Origin: Candidatus Heimdallarchaeum aukensis
GTDB lineage: Archaea; Asgardarchaeota; Heimdallarchaeia; Heimdallarchaeales; Heimdallarchaeaceae
Direction: 5' to 3'
Assembly: GCA_021513695.1 (NCBI GenBank)
Contig: CP084166.1
Span: forward strand, 2,112,001 to 2,176,000
DNA length: 64,000 nucleotides
The notes under the pieces were generated by a model that was given only the letters and a program-made list of their open reading frames with translations, was not told where the DNA came from and did not search any database. The position numbers and the translations under genes are program-made. This document shows positions 19,031-29,010 of this stretch, in pieces. The first letter of the stretch is position 1. Every line of letters starts with the position of its first letter.

Positions 19031-19401
19031 GCTTCACATCGTTTGTAAAGGATTCTTGAAATAGTCTCAAAATGAGTATCATATTTGTGACATTCTCCAC
19101 ATCGAACATACTCTTCTAGATACTTCTCTAATAATTTCTGTAAATTGTATCTTGAGTGTTTTCCTGCGAAAACAGCTCTATTTCCTTCTATTGTTGCTGA
19201 TGTGGCAAGTTCTCCAGCTAAATACTTTAATAAGTGATTCTCGTCTCTATTAATTGTTGTAGCTATTTGCTTGAAATTGGTAACTATACTCTTGTTTCCT
19301 TCAATAACAGCTTGCACAGTTGGAATCTTGAAACGATCTTCTTCGAACACTTTTTCTGGTAATTGTTTTCGTGCTCTTTTCAATAATTCATCATAACTCA
19401 T
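18991..19401 (-). CDS. translation initiation factor aIF-2 beta subunit
   Basis: The eIF2-beta/eIF5 domain is present, with the C-terminal zinc ribbon 'CGECHKYDT...CEACGA'. Confidence 0.9.
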   Translation of the reverse strand: MSYDELLKRARKQLPEKVFEEDRFKIPTVQAVIEGNKSIVTNFKQIATTINRDENHLLKYLAGELATSATIEGNRAVFAGKHSRYNLQKLLEKYLEEYVRCGECHKYDTHFETISRILYKRCEACGATTAVKPLRK

Positions 19402-19546
19402 TATAATCTCCTTAAAAAGAAGTTTACCTTTGCCTTTTTTTCTGTTTCGTTAATAGTTTATACTAAATCAAAATCTAGATAAAACAAAAACAATTTAAAT
19501 TGAATATAAAATATTATATTACTGAAAACTTTCAGAGGAAATAAAA

Positions 19547-19888
19547 GTGAATAAAAAAAGTAAAAGTAAAAGTGGGGCTTGGGAAGTAGAATCATCAGAT
19601 GCAATTAGAGCAAGGTTACCCGAAGAAGGAGAAGTATTTGGCGTAGTTGTCCAAATTCTTGGGGCAGGTATTCTATTAGTTCGTTGTTTAGATGGTAATA
19701 CTCGACAAGTAAGAATACCTGGAAAATATAGAAAAAGAATGTGGTGTAGAATAGGAGATCTTATTGTTGTAATGCCCCTATATGGAATGAACCCTGATGA
19801 AAAAGGAGAGTTAGTTTATCGATACAAGAATAATGAGGTATCGTGGTTAATAAAAAATGGGTATGTTCCTGAAGATTTTGTGAGTTAG
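19547..19888 (+). CDS. translation initiation factor aIF-1A
   Basis: An S1-like OB fold is indicated by 'VRCLDGNTRQVRIPGKYRKRMWCRIGDLIVV'. It uses a GTG start with 'GAGGAA' seven nt upstream. Confidence 0.9.
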   Translation: MNKKSKSKSGAWEVESSDAIRARLPEEGEVFGVVVQILGAGILLVRCLDGNTRQVRIPGKYRKRMWCRIGDLIVVMPLYGMNPDEKGELVYRYKNNEVSWLIKNGYVPEDFVS

Positions 19889-20088
19889 ATAATATTAGAA
19901 TAAATATTTTAATACTATTTTAAGATAATAAAATGAAATTTTGTACAACAAAAACTGAGATAAACGCTAAACAACAATTTTATTTAGCTTTAAAATCTCC
20001 TTGAATTATAGCTAATAAATCAGTGAAAATCACTTCCATTGCCAACAAAATCTTTGTTAGTAAAACTAATGAAAAAGGATAGATAAAT

Positions 20089-20901
20089 ATGAATAGAGCA
20101 GAAAAGTATGATATTAGTCATTTAGACGATAAAATAGACAAATCTCGCATTCGTACTAAAGATGAAAAAGCGATACAAGTAATTGAAAGTGTTTTTGACG
20201 AACAAACAGCTTTACTTATTGTATCTCTAATGAATAAAGGTATTATTAAAGAAATAAGTCACGTTGTTTCTACTGGCAAAGAAGCAAATGTTTATCATGC
20301 ATATGGTGAAAATGGAAAAGAATTAGCAATTAAGATATATCGAACAACAACTAATATTTTTAAGCAAAATTGGAGATACTTAGAAGGAGATCCTCGTTTC
20401 AAACGATATAAAAAGGGGACTTACTCTTTCATTTACCTTTGGGCAAAAAAGGAGTTTAAGAATCTTCAAAGAATGAGTTCAATAAAAATACCAGTCCCTT
20501 CTCCAATAATTGTTAGAAAGAATGTCTTAGTTATGGACTTTATAGGAAAAAAGAGAGAAGCTGCTCCTTTAATAAAGGATGTAAAAATACGAAATAAAAG
20601 AAAAGGAAAAATATATAGTAAAGTGATTGATTATATTTTCAAGATATATAATGAAGGAAAAATGGTTCATGCTGACCTAAGCGAATATAACATTCTTTAT
20701 TTCAATAAAGAGCCTGTGATAATTGATGTATCACAAGCAGTTCTTCTTGATCATCCAAATGCTTACTTTTTCTTGTATCGTGATATTTCAAATATCAACC
20801 GTTTTTTTGGTTCCATAGGTGTAGATGTTCTCGAAAATGATGAATTGTTTGAACAAGTGACTGGATTCAAACCTGATCCAAAAATTAAAATTGAGTTATG
20901 A
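20089..20901 (+). CDS. RIO-type serine/threonine protein kinase (Rio1)
   Basis: The RIO domain is shown by 'STGKEANVYHA', 'IKIYR' and the catalytic loop 'VHADLSEYNIL'. The eIF1A-Rio1-KH gene order is the conserved archaeal arrangement. Confidence 0.85.
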   Translation: MNRAEKYDISHLDDKIDKSRIRTKDEKAIQVIESVFDEQTALLIVSLMNKGIIKEISHVVSTGKEANVYHAYGENGKELAIKIYRTTTNIFKQNWRYLEGDPRFKRYKKGTYSFIYLWAKKEFKNLQRMSSIKIPVPSPIIVRKNVLVMDFIGKKREAAPLIKDVKIRNKRKGKIYSKVIDYIFKIYNEGKMVHADLSEYNILYFNKEPVIIDVSQAVLLDHPNAYFFLYRDISNINRFFGSIGVDVLENDELFEQVTGFKPDPKIKIEL

Positions 20902-21565
20902 AGTGAAGAAAATGTCAGGAGAATTTTTAGTAAGATTACCTCTTGAACGTGTAGCCGTTCTTATAGGGCCGAAGGGTTCCACAAAGAAACATATTGAAGA
21001 TTTAACTGGGTGTATATTGAAAATTGATAGTAATAACGGTGATGTTATTATCCTTGCTGAAGAAGAGCTTGATGATCCAATCAATTTATGGAAAGCTAGA
21101 GACATTGTTAAAGCAATTGGACGTGGTTTTAGTCCTCAAAGAGCATATGCAATCATGAAACCAAACTATATTTTTGAGATTATTAGTTTAAGAGAGATCG
21201 TTGGGACATCTCCCAATGCATTGAGGAACGTCCGGTCGCGTGTAATCGGTAGAAGAGGAAGTACAAGAAATTTTATTGAACAAGCAACACGGACATATAT
21301 TTCAGTTTATCATAACACAGTTGGAATAATTGGAGAATTAAGACACGTGGACATAGCAAGAACGGCTGTGATAAGGCTTATAAATGGTGCAAAGCACAGT
21401 TCAGTATATAATTTTATAGAACGTAAGATGAGAGAATTAAGCGAACATAAAGCTGCTATTTGGTCATCTCGAAGTGCTGGAGACTATTCTCAGATTACTG
21501 ATCTAGACGAGCTCGAACGCCTTGTATTCGAAGAAGAAAAGAAGAAGAAAGAAGAAAGCAGCTAA
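20891..21565 (+). CDS. KH-domain RNA-binding protein (Dim2/Pno1-like)
   Basis: Two KH-like modules are present ('IGPKGSTKKHIEDLTG', 'IGRRGSTRNFIEQATRT'). It overlaps the Rio1 stop. Confidence 0.75.
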   Translation: MSYEVKKMSGEFLVRLPLERVAVLIGPKGSTKKHIEDLTGCILKIDSNNGDVIILAEEELDDPINLWKARDIVKAIGRGFSPQRAYAIMKPNYIFEIISLREIVGTSPNALRNVRSRVIGRRGSTRNFIEQATRTYISVYHNTVGIIGELRHVDIARTAVIRLINGAKHSSVYNFIERKMRELSEHKAAIWSSRSAGDYSQITDLDELERLVFEEEKKKKEESS

Positions 21566-21567
21566 CG

Positions 21568-22248
21568 GTGAAAAAGTTGGTTATTAACCCTAAGCGACTA
21601 GATAAAGAGTATAAACTCTTTGATCTGCATGTTCACAGTTTTTATTCCTATGACTGTAAGAGTAATCCAAAGGATATAATCAAACATGCTGAAAAAATAG
21701 GATTAAACGGTTTAGCAATAACAGACCATAACACTGTGTCCTTTCATAAAAATAAAGATGTAGAGACAAATTTGCTAATTATTCCTGGGATAGAAATCTC
21801 AACGTCTAATGGACATTTAATAGGTCTAGGAGTGTCTGAAACAATAGAAAAAAACAAATCTGTTGCAGAAACAATAGAAATAATACGTGATTACGGGGGA
21901 GAAATTATTGTTCCTCATCTGTTTGACTTTTTGAGAAAAGGAATAGGAAGAAAGATCGCAAAAGTAAATTTTTCTGATCTCGCCATTGAAACAGTAAATG
22001 CTTCATGTTTAACCAAACTCTTTAATGACAAAGCAAGAAATTTTGCAGAAAAAAATTCGTTAGCACAAACAGGAGGCAGTGATAGTCACAGAGTTAAAGA
22101 CTTAGGGCTAGCTTATACACTTATCCCAAAAGATGTAGAAACAGTTGATGATGTGCTAGAATCAGTTCGAAAAAAGGAGACGCTAGGAGAAGGAACTATT
22201 TTATCTATATATGAAAAAGTAATTAGATCATTTCAAATCCACTTCTAA
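21568..22248 (+). CDS. PHP-domain metal-dependent phosphoesterase
   Basis: 'DLHVHSFYSYDC' and 'ITDHNT' are PHP motifs I and II. It sits 3 nt after the KH gene. Confidence 0.75.
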   Translation: MKKLVINPKRLDKEYKLFDLHVHSFYSYDCKSNPKDIIKHAEKIGLNGLAITDHNTVSFHKNKDVETNLLIIPGIEISTSNGHLIGLGVSETIEKNKSVAETIEIIRDYGGEIIVPHLFDFLRKGIGRKIAKVNFSDLAIETVNASCLTKLFNDKARNFAEKNSLAQTGGSDSHRVKDLGLAYTLIPKDVETVDDVLESVRKKETLGEGTILSIYEKVIRSFQIHF

Positions 22249-22304
22249 TTTTTCTTTTTTCAAGAAAATAAAAGTGGCATTCGAGAAAAATAAAAATCAT
22301 ATGT

Positions 22305-22526
22305 TTAGTATGCGTTGTCTTTAATGGATCCGTTATATACATTCTTCTGTTGTCCCCAAAACTCCTCTTTAAGCAAATCCCGAATAGCCACTCTAATTAT
22401 TTCACTCCTGTTTGGATATCGCTTTTGGCGAACAAGCTCATCCAAACTATTAAGAAATTCAGATGGTAAATGAACAGTCACGAGTTTAATTCTTATCACC
22501 TTTGATATTTCATCTGTAGGTGACAT
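22305..22526 (-). CDS. ribbon-helix-helix (CopG/NikR-like) DNA-binding protein
   Basis: 'IKLVTVHLPSEFLNSLDELV...RSEIIRVAIRDLL' fits an RHH beta-alpha-alpha pattern. A paralogue lies at 46789-47004. Confidence 0.6.
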   Translation of the reverse strand: MSPTDEISKVIRIKLVTVHLPSEFLNSLDELVRQKRYPNRSEIIRVAIRDLLKEEFWGQQKNVYNGSIKDNAY

Positions 22527-22649
22527 TTAAATCCCATGTAATACTTGAAAAACACCCACACATGTATTCACATGTCCTTCTCGGTTTACGTGGGTAATAT
22601 AATTTTATTTATTGTGAGTTATCTTTTAGAATTTAGATAAAATAAAAAA

Positions 22650-22694
22650 AGAGAAGAGAAGAAAAGAGAAGAGAAGAAAAGAGAAGAGAAGAGA
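22650..22694. repeat. tandem repeat, three copies of a 15-nt unit AGAGAAGAGAAGAAA
   Basis: Read directly: 22650-22664, 22665-22679 and 22680-22694 (the last copy has one substitution). Confidence 0.85.
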
Positions 22695-22751
22695 AAAGTT
22701 TGCACACCCTCTACAGAGCCACCCTCTGTGACTGTTGTGCGAACTTCTAGC

Positions 22752-22814
22752 TATGTGTGATGACATTTTGGTGGTAGTATGTTTTTACTCCACACGAATT
22801 CATATACTGAATAT
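22752..22814 (+). ncRNA. candidate box C/D sRNA (very tentative)
   Basis: This is a GC-richer island in AT-rich intergenic DNA. 'GUGAUGA' (box C-like, 22757-22763) and 'CUGA' (22807-22810) are about 43 nt apart, with a short flanking complementarity (UAU/AUA). The internal C'/D' boxes are not convincing. Confidence 0.2.
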
Positions 22815-22908
22815 GAAATTCGTAGCTAATAGTAAAAAAGAGAAAATAGTATATAAACTCAGCAATAAATAAGGGCAATCTTTGGAGAAAAAAATAAAAT
22901 TGGAAGAA

Positions 22909-23634
22909 CTATTTCCAGAATTGCCACCATTTTTTCTTTTTAGAAGAATCTTCTTTCTTATCGTCATTTCTTAGTTCTAGTGCAGCATCTCTCCAAGCCA
23001 TTTTTGTGATCATATCTCTGAATCCTTCTGGTTCGTCACCTTCTTCAATAACATATACAATGGGTATTCTCTTACGTTCAACTTCTAGTTGTCTAGCTAT
23101 TTTTCCTGCTTCATATTTTTCTTTAACTTGACAATCTTTACCTATCCATATGTAAATCTCATCATAAAAGTCTAGAACAAAGGCATCATCGGACTCAAAT
23201 AATTTATACTCAATCGGAATTTCTTTAGTAATTACCTCTCCTTTTTCATTCTGTTCAATATGTAATAGGCGAAAATCCTTCTTTACCTTTATATCTATGT
23301 GCTTAAGAAAACCAGGTGTATCTCCTCTTTTTACTTCAAATTCTATTATATCTAGAAATTCTGGAGGTTCATCACCTTGCATTATTGTTTTGATTTCTAG
23401 TTTTTTGTTTTTTTCTTCAATTACTTTGGCTGCCCAAGCTCCTACAGCTTTGTCGTCAGCATAGCTCCTTTTACCTATCCAAACCCAGAGAATGTTATCG
23501 GTTTCAACAACATAAACATCTCCATCTAAAAAAGTATAAGGAGACTTTAACTCTTTTAATTCTTTTTTAACTACATGATAAACTTGCATATAATTACTAA
23601 TGTATAGTGTAATAAAAGTCTTTTTAAGAGACAA
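22909..23634 (-). CDS. two-domain gelsolin-like actin-binding protein (2DGel-type)
   Basis: There are two gelsolin-homology repeats: 'FLDGDVYVVETDNILWVWIGKRSYADDKAVGAWAAKVIE' and 'FESDDAFVLDFYDEIYIWIGKDCQVKEKYEAGKIARQLE'. Each has the (D-x-Y/F-V/I-LD ... I/L-W-x-G) signature, and there is a basic C-terminal tail. Confidence 0.6.
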   Translation of the reverse strand: MSLKKTFITLYISNYMQVYHVVKKELKELKSPYTFLDGDVYVVETDNILWVWIGKRSYADDKAVGAWAAKVIEEKNKKLEIKTIMQGDEPPEFLDIIEFEVKRGDTPGFLKHIDIKVKKDFRLLHIEQNEKGEVITKEIPIEYKLFESDDAFVLDFYDEIYIWIGKDCQVKEKYEAGKIARQLEVERKRIPIVYVIEEGDEPEGFRDMITKMAWRDAALELRNDDKKEDSSKKKKWWQFWK

Positions 23635-23665
23635 ACCTATCCGAAATACTTTTTAGTACAAGCTT

Positions 23666-24256
23666 TTGAAACAATTTATGAGAAGAGTAAGTCTAAATGA
23701 TATAAATCATTTAAACACAGTTATTGTAGTTATTGATGCACAAAAATCAATTATATCTGCAACAAAAGATTGGGAACTTGTTCTTAGTAAAATCGAATTT
23801 TTATTAGATAACGCTAAAGTATTTCATATTCCAGTCTTTTTTACAGAACAATATCCAAAAGGATTGGGTTCTACAATTGAAGAACTAACAGCAATTATGG
23901 AAAACAAAAATGTAGTTATTCAAAAGATGGAATTTAATTGCTTTGATAATGAAGATTTTGTGAAACATATCAACTCTTTTTCTTCTTTAAAATATCTTGT
24001 AATTCTTGGTGTAGAAACTCATATCTGTGTGTTGCAAACAGCTCTTGGGGCTCTTGAACATAACCTCACCCCCGTAATCATCTCTGATGCCACCTCATCA
24101 AGAAAGGAAACTGACTATAAAGCAGCTATAAACTTATTTAATCAATTCAGCATTCCTATCCTTACTACCGAAATATTTAGTTATCTTGTAGTTAAAACAG
24201 CAAAAAGCGATAAGTTTAGAGATTTGCTTAAAAATGTAAAGAAATTTAGCAATTAA
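23666..24256 (+). CDS. isochorismatase-family cysteine hydrolase
   Basis: 'VIVVIDAQKS' and 'VETHICVLQTALGALEHNLTPVIISDATSS' match the isochorismatase/nicotinamidase fold signature, including the catalytic Cys. Confidence 0.7.
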   Translation: MKQFMRRVSLNDINHLNTVIVVIDAQKSIISATKDWELVLSKIEFLLDNAKVFHIPVFFTEQYPKGLGSTIEELTAIMENKNVVIQKMEFNCFDNEDFVKHINSFSSLKYLVILGVETHICVLQTALGALEHNLTPVIISDATSSRKETDYKAAINLFNQFSIPILTTEIFSYLVVKTAKSDKFRDLLKNVKKFSN

Positions 24257-24397
24257 GAGGAAGAAAATAATAAGACATTTAAATTTGCTTGCATTTTCCT
24301 ATTTTTTGTTCTTATTTCTCAAAAAAAAACAACAATCATAGAACTTTTTAATTCTTATTTGTTTTTAGTTTTAACTTACATGTGGAGTGGAAATTAA

Positions 24398-25708
<1,311 letters not shown>

Positions 25709-25835
25709 TATTTAGTATTTTTTGCTATAAGACAATTTTAGATTTCATTAAACTGATTGTTGGATCTTTAGATTAAATATTTACTTACTTTAATTTGAAG
25801 TTTTATAGATTGAAATTAAATTTTTGTTCCAAAAA

Positions 25836-25945
25836 AATTGTACAAAAATGTATATCGGTATAGTGAAAGTTGAAATATTGAACTGTGTCAGCAATTACGT
25901 AATTTTTGTACTCAGAACGAGAAGTAAATTACGTAATTTTTGTAC
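25836..25945. promoter_or_regulatory. repeat array upstream of the WD40 gene: two 19-bp direct repeats plus one inverted partial copy
   Basis: 'AATTACGTAATTTTTGTAC' occurs at 25893-25911 and again at 25927-25945. 'TTGTACAAAAAT' at 25836-25848 is the reverse complement of the repeat core. The core TTACGTAA is palindromic. The array lies 60-170 nt upstream of the 26007 start. Confidence 0.3.
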
Positions 25946-26006
25946 AAACTATTATTATTTTTGATTTTATGTACTCTTATATGGATAAAATTAATATTTA
26001 TCAAGT

Positions 26007-27383
26007 TTGATTGTTTTAATAATGAGTTCAATAATAGAAAAGAGAATATACCAAATTACAACTTTAAAGCATAAAGATGATGTCAATCGTGTTCTTGTTG
26101 ATGAACAATACATCTATAGTGCTTCTTCTGATAAAACTGTAAAAGTTTGGGATAAATTTACATTTGATGAGGTTGCAATATTATCTCACAAAAAACAAGT
26201 AAATGACATCGCAATAGATGATAACTATGTCTATAGTGCGACCAATGATGCTCGAGTTTCTATTTGGGAAAAAAATAGTTGGGAAAATGTGACCTCCCTC
26301 CCGCATGATGGATTTGTAGAGAGAGTGGTTGTAGATGACAACTTTGTCTATACCTCTTCTGATGATTTTTCTGTTAGAATTTGGGATAAAAAAAATTGGA
26401 AGGTAGTATTAGGGTTAAGGGTATCCGGAGAAGTGAACACTCTTTTTGTAGACAAAGATTTTCTTTATACTGGAAAAGGAACAAAAGTAAAAATCTGGGC
26501 GAAAGATAACTTTGATGTTGTCACAACGATAAAATTACCTATGTTTAGTGCTGTGCGCACGATATATGTTGATGAGGATTTTATTTACATTGGAGGAAGT
26601 GAAAAAAATGTTCGTGTATTTGATAAAAATTCAAAAAAACTTGTAGCTAAACTTCCTCATTCCGCTATTTCAATCGTTTATTCAATATATGGTGATGACC
26701 AATATATTCTTACAGGGTTAAGTGACAATAAAGTTGTAGTGTGGAAAAAAAGCGATTTCTCAAAAGTTACTTTTCTAAGTATTCCAGGACAAGTGAAGTC
26801 GGTGTTCAGTGATGGAATAAGATTTTATTCTGGTAGTTCTGATAAAAAAGTTAGAGTTTTTGAACCAGCAATTTATGAAGAAAAAAGAAAGGAGTATGAA
26901 GCAAAGAGAAAAGAACAAGAATTGAAAAAGAAAAAGGAACTGGAAGAGCAAAAAAAGAAAGAAGAGGAGAAAAGAAAAAAAGAGGAGGAGAAGAAAAAAG
27001 AAAAACTTAGAAAAGAACAAATAAAAAAAGAGAAAGAGGAAGCCAAGGAAAAAGAGAAACGACAGAAAAAAGAAGAAGAAAGAAAGAAAAAAGAAGAAGA
27101 AAAGGAGAAAAAGCGAGAAGAAAGAATTACAACAATAAGAAATATCTTGAAGAAAAGTGATTCAATTGAAATTAATCTACTGATGGAAATTCTAGATTTT
27201 TCAACAAAAGCTGCTCTGCTAAAATTTTTATATAACTTACCAGAAGATTTCCCAATAATAATTAAAGATGATAAAGTGTTTTTCTCCACCCTAAATAAAA
27301 AAGAAAAAGAAGTCCATAAAGCAATAGATGACTTATTGAAAAAATATGAAGAATGGGAGCAGACTGATGTTTTTAAAATATAG
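26007..27383 (+). CDS. WD40 seven-bladed beta-propeller protein with a long Glu/Lys/Arg-rich single-alpha-helix (ER/K-like) segment and a C-terminal domain
   Basis: There are seven ~40-aa repeats ending 'VKVWDK', 'VSIWEK', 'VRIWDK', 'VKIWAK', 'VRVFDK', 'VVVWKK' and 'VRVFEP'. An E/K/R stretch of about 85 aa follows at about aa 290-375, and then a ~90-aa tail. Confidence 0.65.
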   Translation: MIVLIMSSIIEKRIYQITTLKHKDDVNRVLVDEQYIYSASSDKTVKVWDKFTFDEVAILSHKKQVNDIAIDDNYVYSATNDARVSIWEKNSWENVTSLPHDGFVERVVVDDNFVYTSSDDFSVRIWDKKNWKVVLGLRVSGEVNTLFVDKDFLYTGKGTKVKIWAKDNFDVVTTIKLPMFSAVRTIYVDEDFIYIGGSEKNVRVFDKNSKKLVAKLPHSAISIVYSIYGDDQYILTGLSDNKVVVWKKSDFSKVTFLSIPGQVKSVFSDGIRFYSGSSDKKVRVFEPAIYEEKRKEYEAKRKEQELKKKKELEEQKKKEEEKRKKEEEKKKEKLRKEQIKKEKEEAKEKEKRQKKEEERKKKEEEKEKKREERITTIRNILKKSDSIEINLLMEILDFSTKAALLKFLYNLPEDFPIIIKDDKVFFSTLNKKEKEVHKAIDDLLKKYEEWEQTDVFKI

Positions 27384-27432
27384 TTTAAGTTAACTATCTG
27401 TGTTACACTTTTTTTTAATTTAGAAAAACTCT

Positions 27433-29010
27433 TTACGCACTCCCATAACCTCCTCCACCCGGAGTTTCAATAATTACTATATCTCCTTTCTTAATTTTTC
27501 TAGTAGTCTTTGATGGAAGTATTGAGCGATTATCTGATGAAATAATAATATTTTTGCCTTTTCTCCCAGGCATTCCTCCAAATAATCCAAAAGGAGGATA
27601 ATTTCTTCTCTCGCTTTGAATAGAAAGAGTGGCTTCTTCAGCAAGTAATTTTATTGACCGTCTAATACCGTTGCTACCTGACCATTTCCCTTTTCCTCCA
27701 GTGGACTCTAAAATAGAATATTCAAGGACTCGTAGGGGATAATAAGTCTCCAAAACTTCGATAGGTGTATTGCGAGTATTAGTCATATGGCTATGTTTTG
27801 CACTTGGGGGAGAATAATCCTTTCCTGCTCCAATACCTCCGGCAATAGTTTCATAGTAAGTAAATTGATGACCTTTATGTGTTCCTCCAATAATAATGTT
27901 ATTCATTGTTCCACTACTCGCTGCTGGAATATCATCTGGAAAAATCTGGGAAAAAACACCTAACAAAACATCAACAATTCGTTGGCTAGTTTCAACATTT
28001 CCTGCAGCTACTCCTGCAGGAGGAATAGGATCAACTAATGTTCCTTTTCTAGTGATAACCTTAAGAGGTTCATATAATCCATAATTTGTTGCGTAATCTC
28101 TAGGAACTAAAGCTCGAATAAGATAATAAGTAGCAGAAAGGGTTACTGCCAGTGGAGCGTTGATATTTCCCTCCACTTGTTTAGAACTCTTAGAATAATC
28201 AACAATAAGCTCCTCTCCATACCTTTTAACTTCAGCAGTAATAGGAATAGGCTTATCTGTTACTCCATCATCATCCATATAATCAGTGAAAGAATAGGTC
28301 TCTCCTTCAGGAATACTTTGAATTAAGCGAAGAGAAGCAGAACGAGAACGATTAATTAAAAACTCAATAACCTTTTGAACTCTGGGTAAGGAGTACTTGG
28401 ATAATAAAGATTGAAATTTTTTTTCTCCAATCTTTGTAGAAGCAAGCTGTGCTTGAAGATCTCCTCTACGTTCGTAAGGAACCCTCACATTTTCAAGAAA
28501 AACGTCTAACCATTCTTTATTCATTTTTCCCTTTCTTTCGATAAGTGTGGGTTTAATAACAAAACCTTCTTCGTGAAGAAGATACTTTCCTCCAGGCATA
28601 CTGCCTGGTACAACTCCTCCAACATCTGCATGATGACAACGATTAGCAATATATCCTACAAGCTTTTGTTCAAAAAAGATAGGTTTGACGATCGTTATGT
28701 CAGGTAGATGCGTACCTCCAGAATAAGGGTCATTGGAAATATATATGTCACCATCTTCTATATTGCTCTCACCAAAATGGTCGATAATTGCTTTAACAGA
28801 CTCGGGCATAGCTCCAAGATGAACAGGAATATGTTCTGCCTGAGCAAGAAGTCGACCTTGACTATCCATAATTGCACTGGAAAAATCTAATCTGTCTCGA
28901 ATGTTGGGGCTAAAAGCAGAACGTTGAAGAACTATGCCAGTCTCTATAGCAACGTTACGAAGAGCTTGGTTAATAACCTGAACTTCAATTAAATTAAATT
29001 GATCACTCAT
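27433..29010 (-). CDS. hyuB: hydantoinase B / 5-oxoprolinase subunit
   Basis: It shows HyuB-family similarity over its full length, is 525 aa, and is translationally coupled to hyuA by a 4-nt overlap. Confidence 0.85.
   Translation of the reverse strand: MSDQFNLIEVQVINQALRNVAIETGIVLQRSAFSPNIRDRLDFSSAIMDSQGRLLAQAEHIPVHLGAMPESVKAIIDHFGESNIEDGDIYISNDPYSGGTHLPDITIVKPIFFEQKLVGYIANRCHHADVGGVVPGSMPGGKYLLHEEGFVIKPTLIERKGKMNKEWLDVFLENVRVPYERRGDLQAQLASTKIGEKKFQSLLSKYSLPRVQKVIEFLINRSRSASLRLIQSIPEGETYSFTDYMDDDGVTDKPIPITAEVKRYGEELIVDYSKSSKQVEGNINAPLAVTLSATYYLIRALVPRDYATNYGLYEPLKVITRKGTLVDPIPPAGVAAGNVETSQRIVDVLLGVFSQIFPDDIPAASSGTMNNIIIGGTHKGHQFTYYETIAGGIGAGKDYSPPSAKHSHMTNTRNTPIEVLETYYPLRVLEYSILESTGGKGKWSGSNGIRRSIKLLAEEATLSIQSERRNYPPFGLFGGMPGRKGKNIIISSDNRSILPSKTTRKIKKGDIVIIETPGGGGYGSA

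Noticed and set aside
22650-22694. Possible CRISPR array at the GA-rich tandem repeat
   Set aside because: The unit is only 15 nt with no spacers, which makes it a simple microsatellite. No cas genes are nearby.
26775-27289. Reverse-strand ORFs (26775-27020, 26873-27289) inside the WD40 gene
   Set aside because: They lie entirely within the GAA/AAG-rich region that encodes the E/K helix. Their translations are poly-F/S/L low-complexity products of the complementary strand, so they are spurious.
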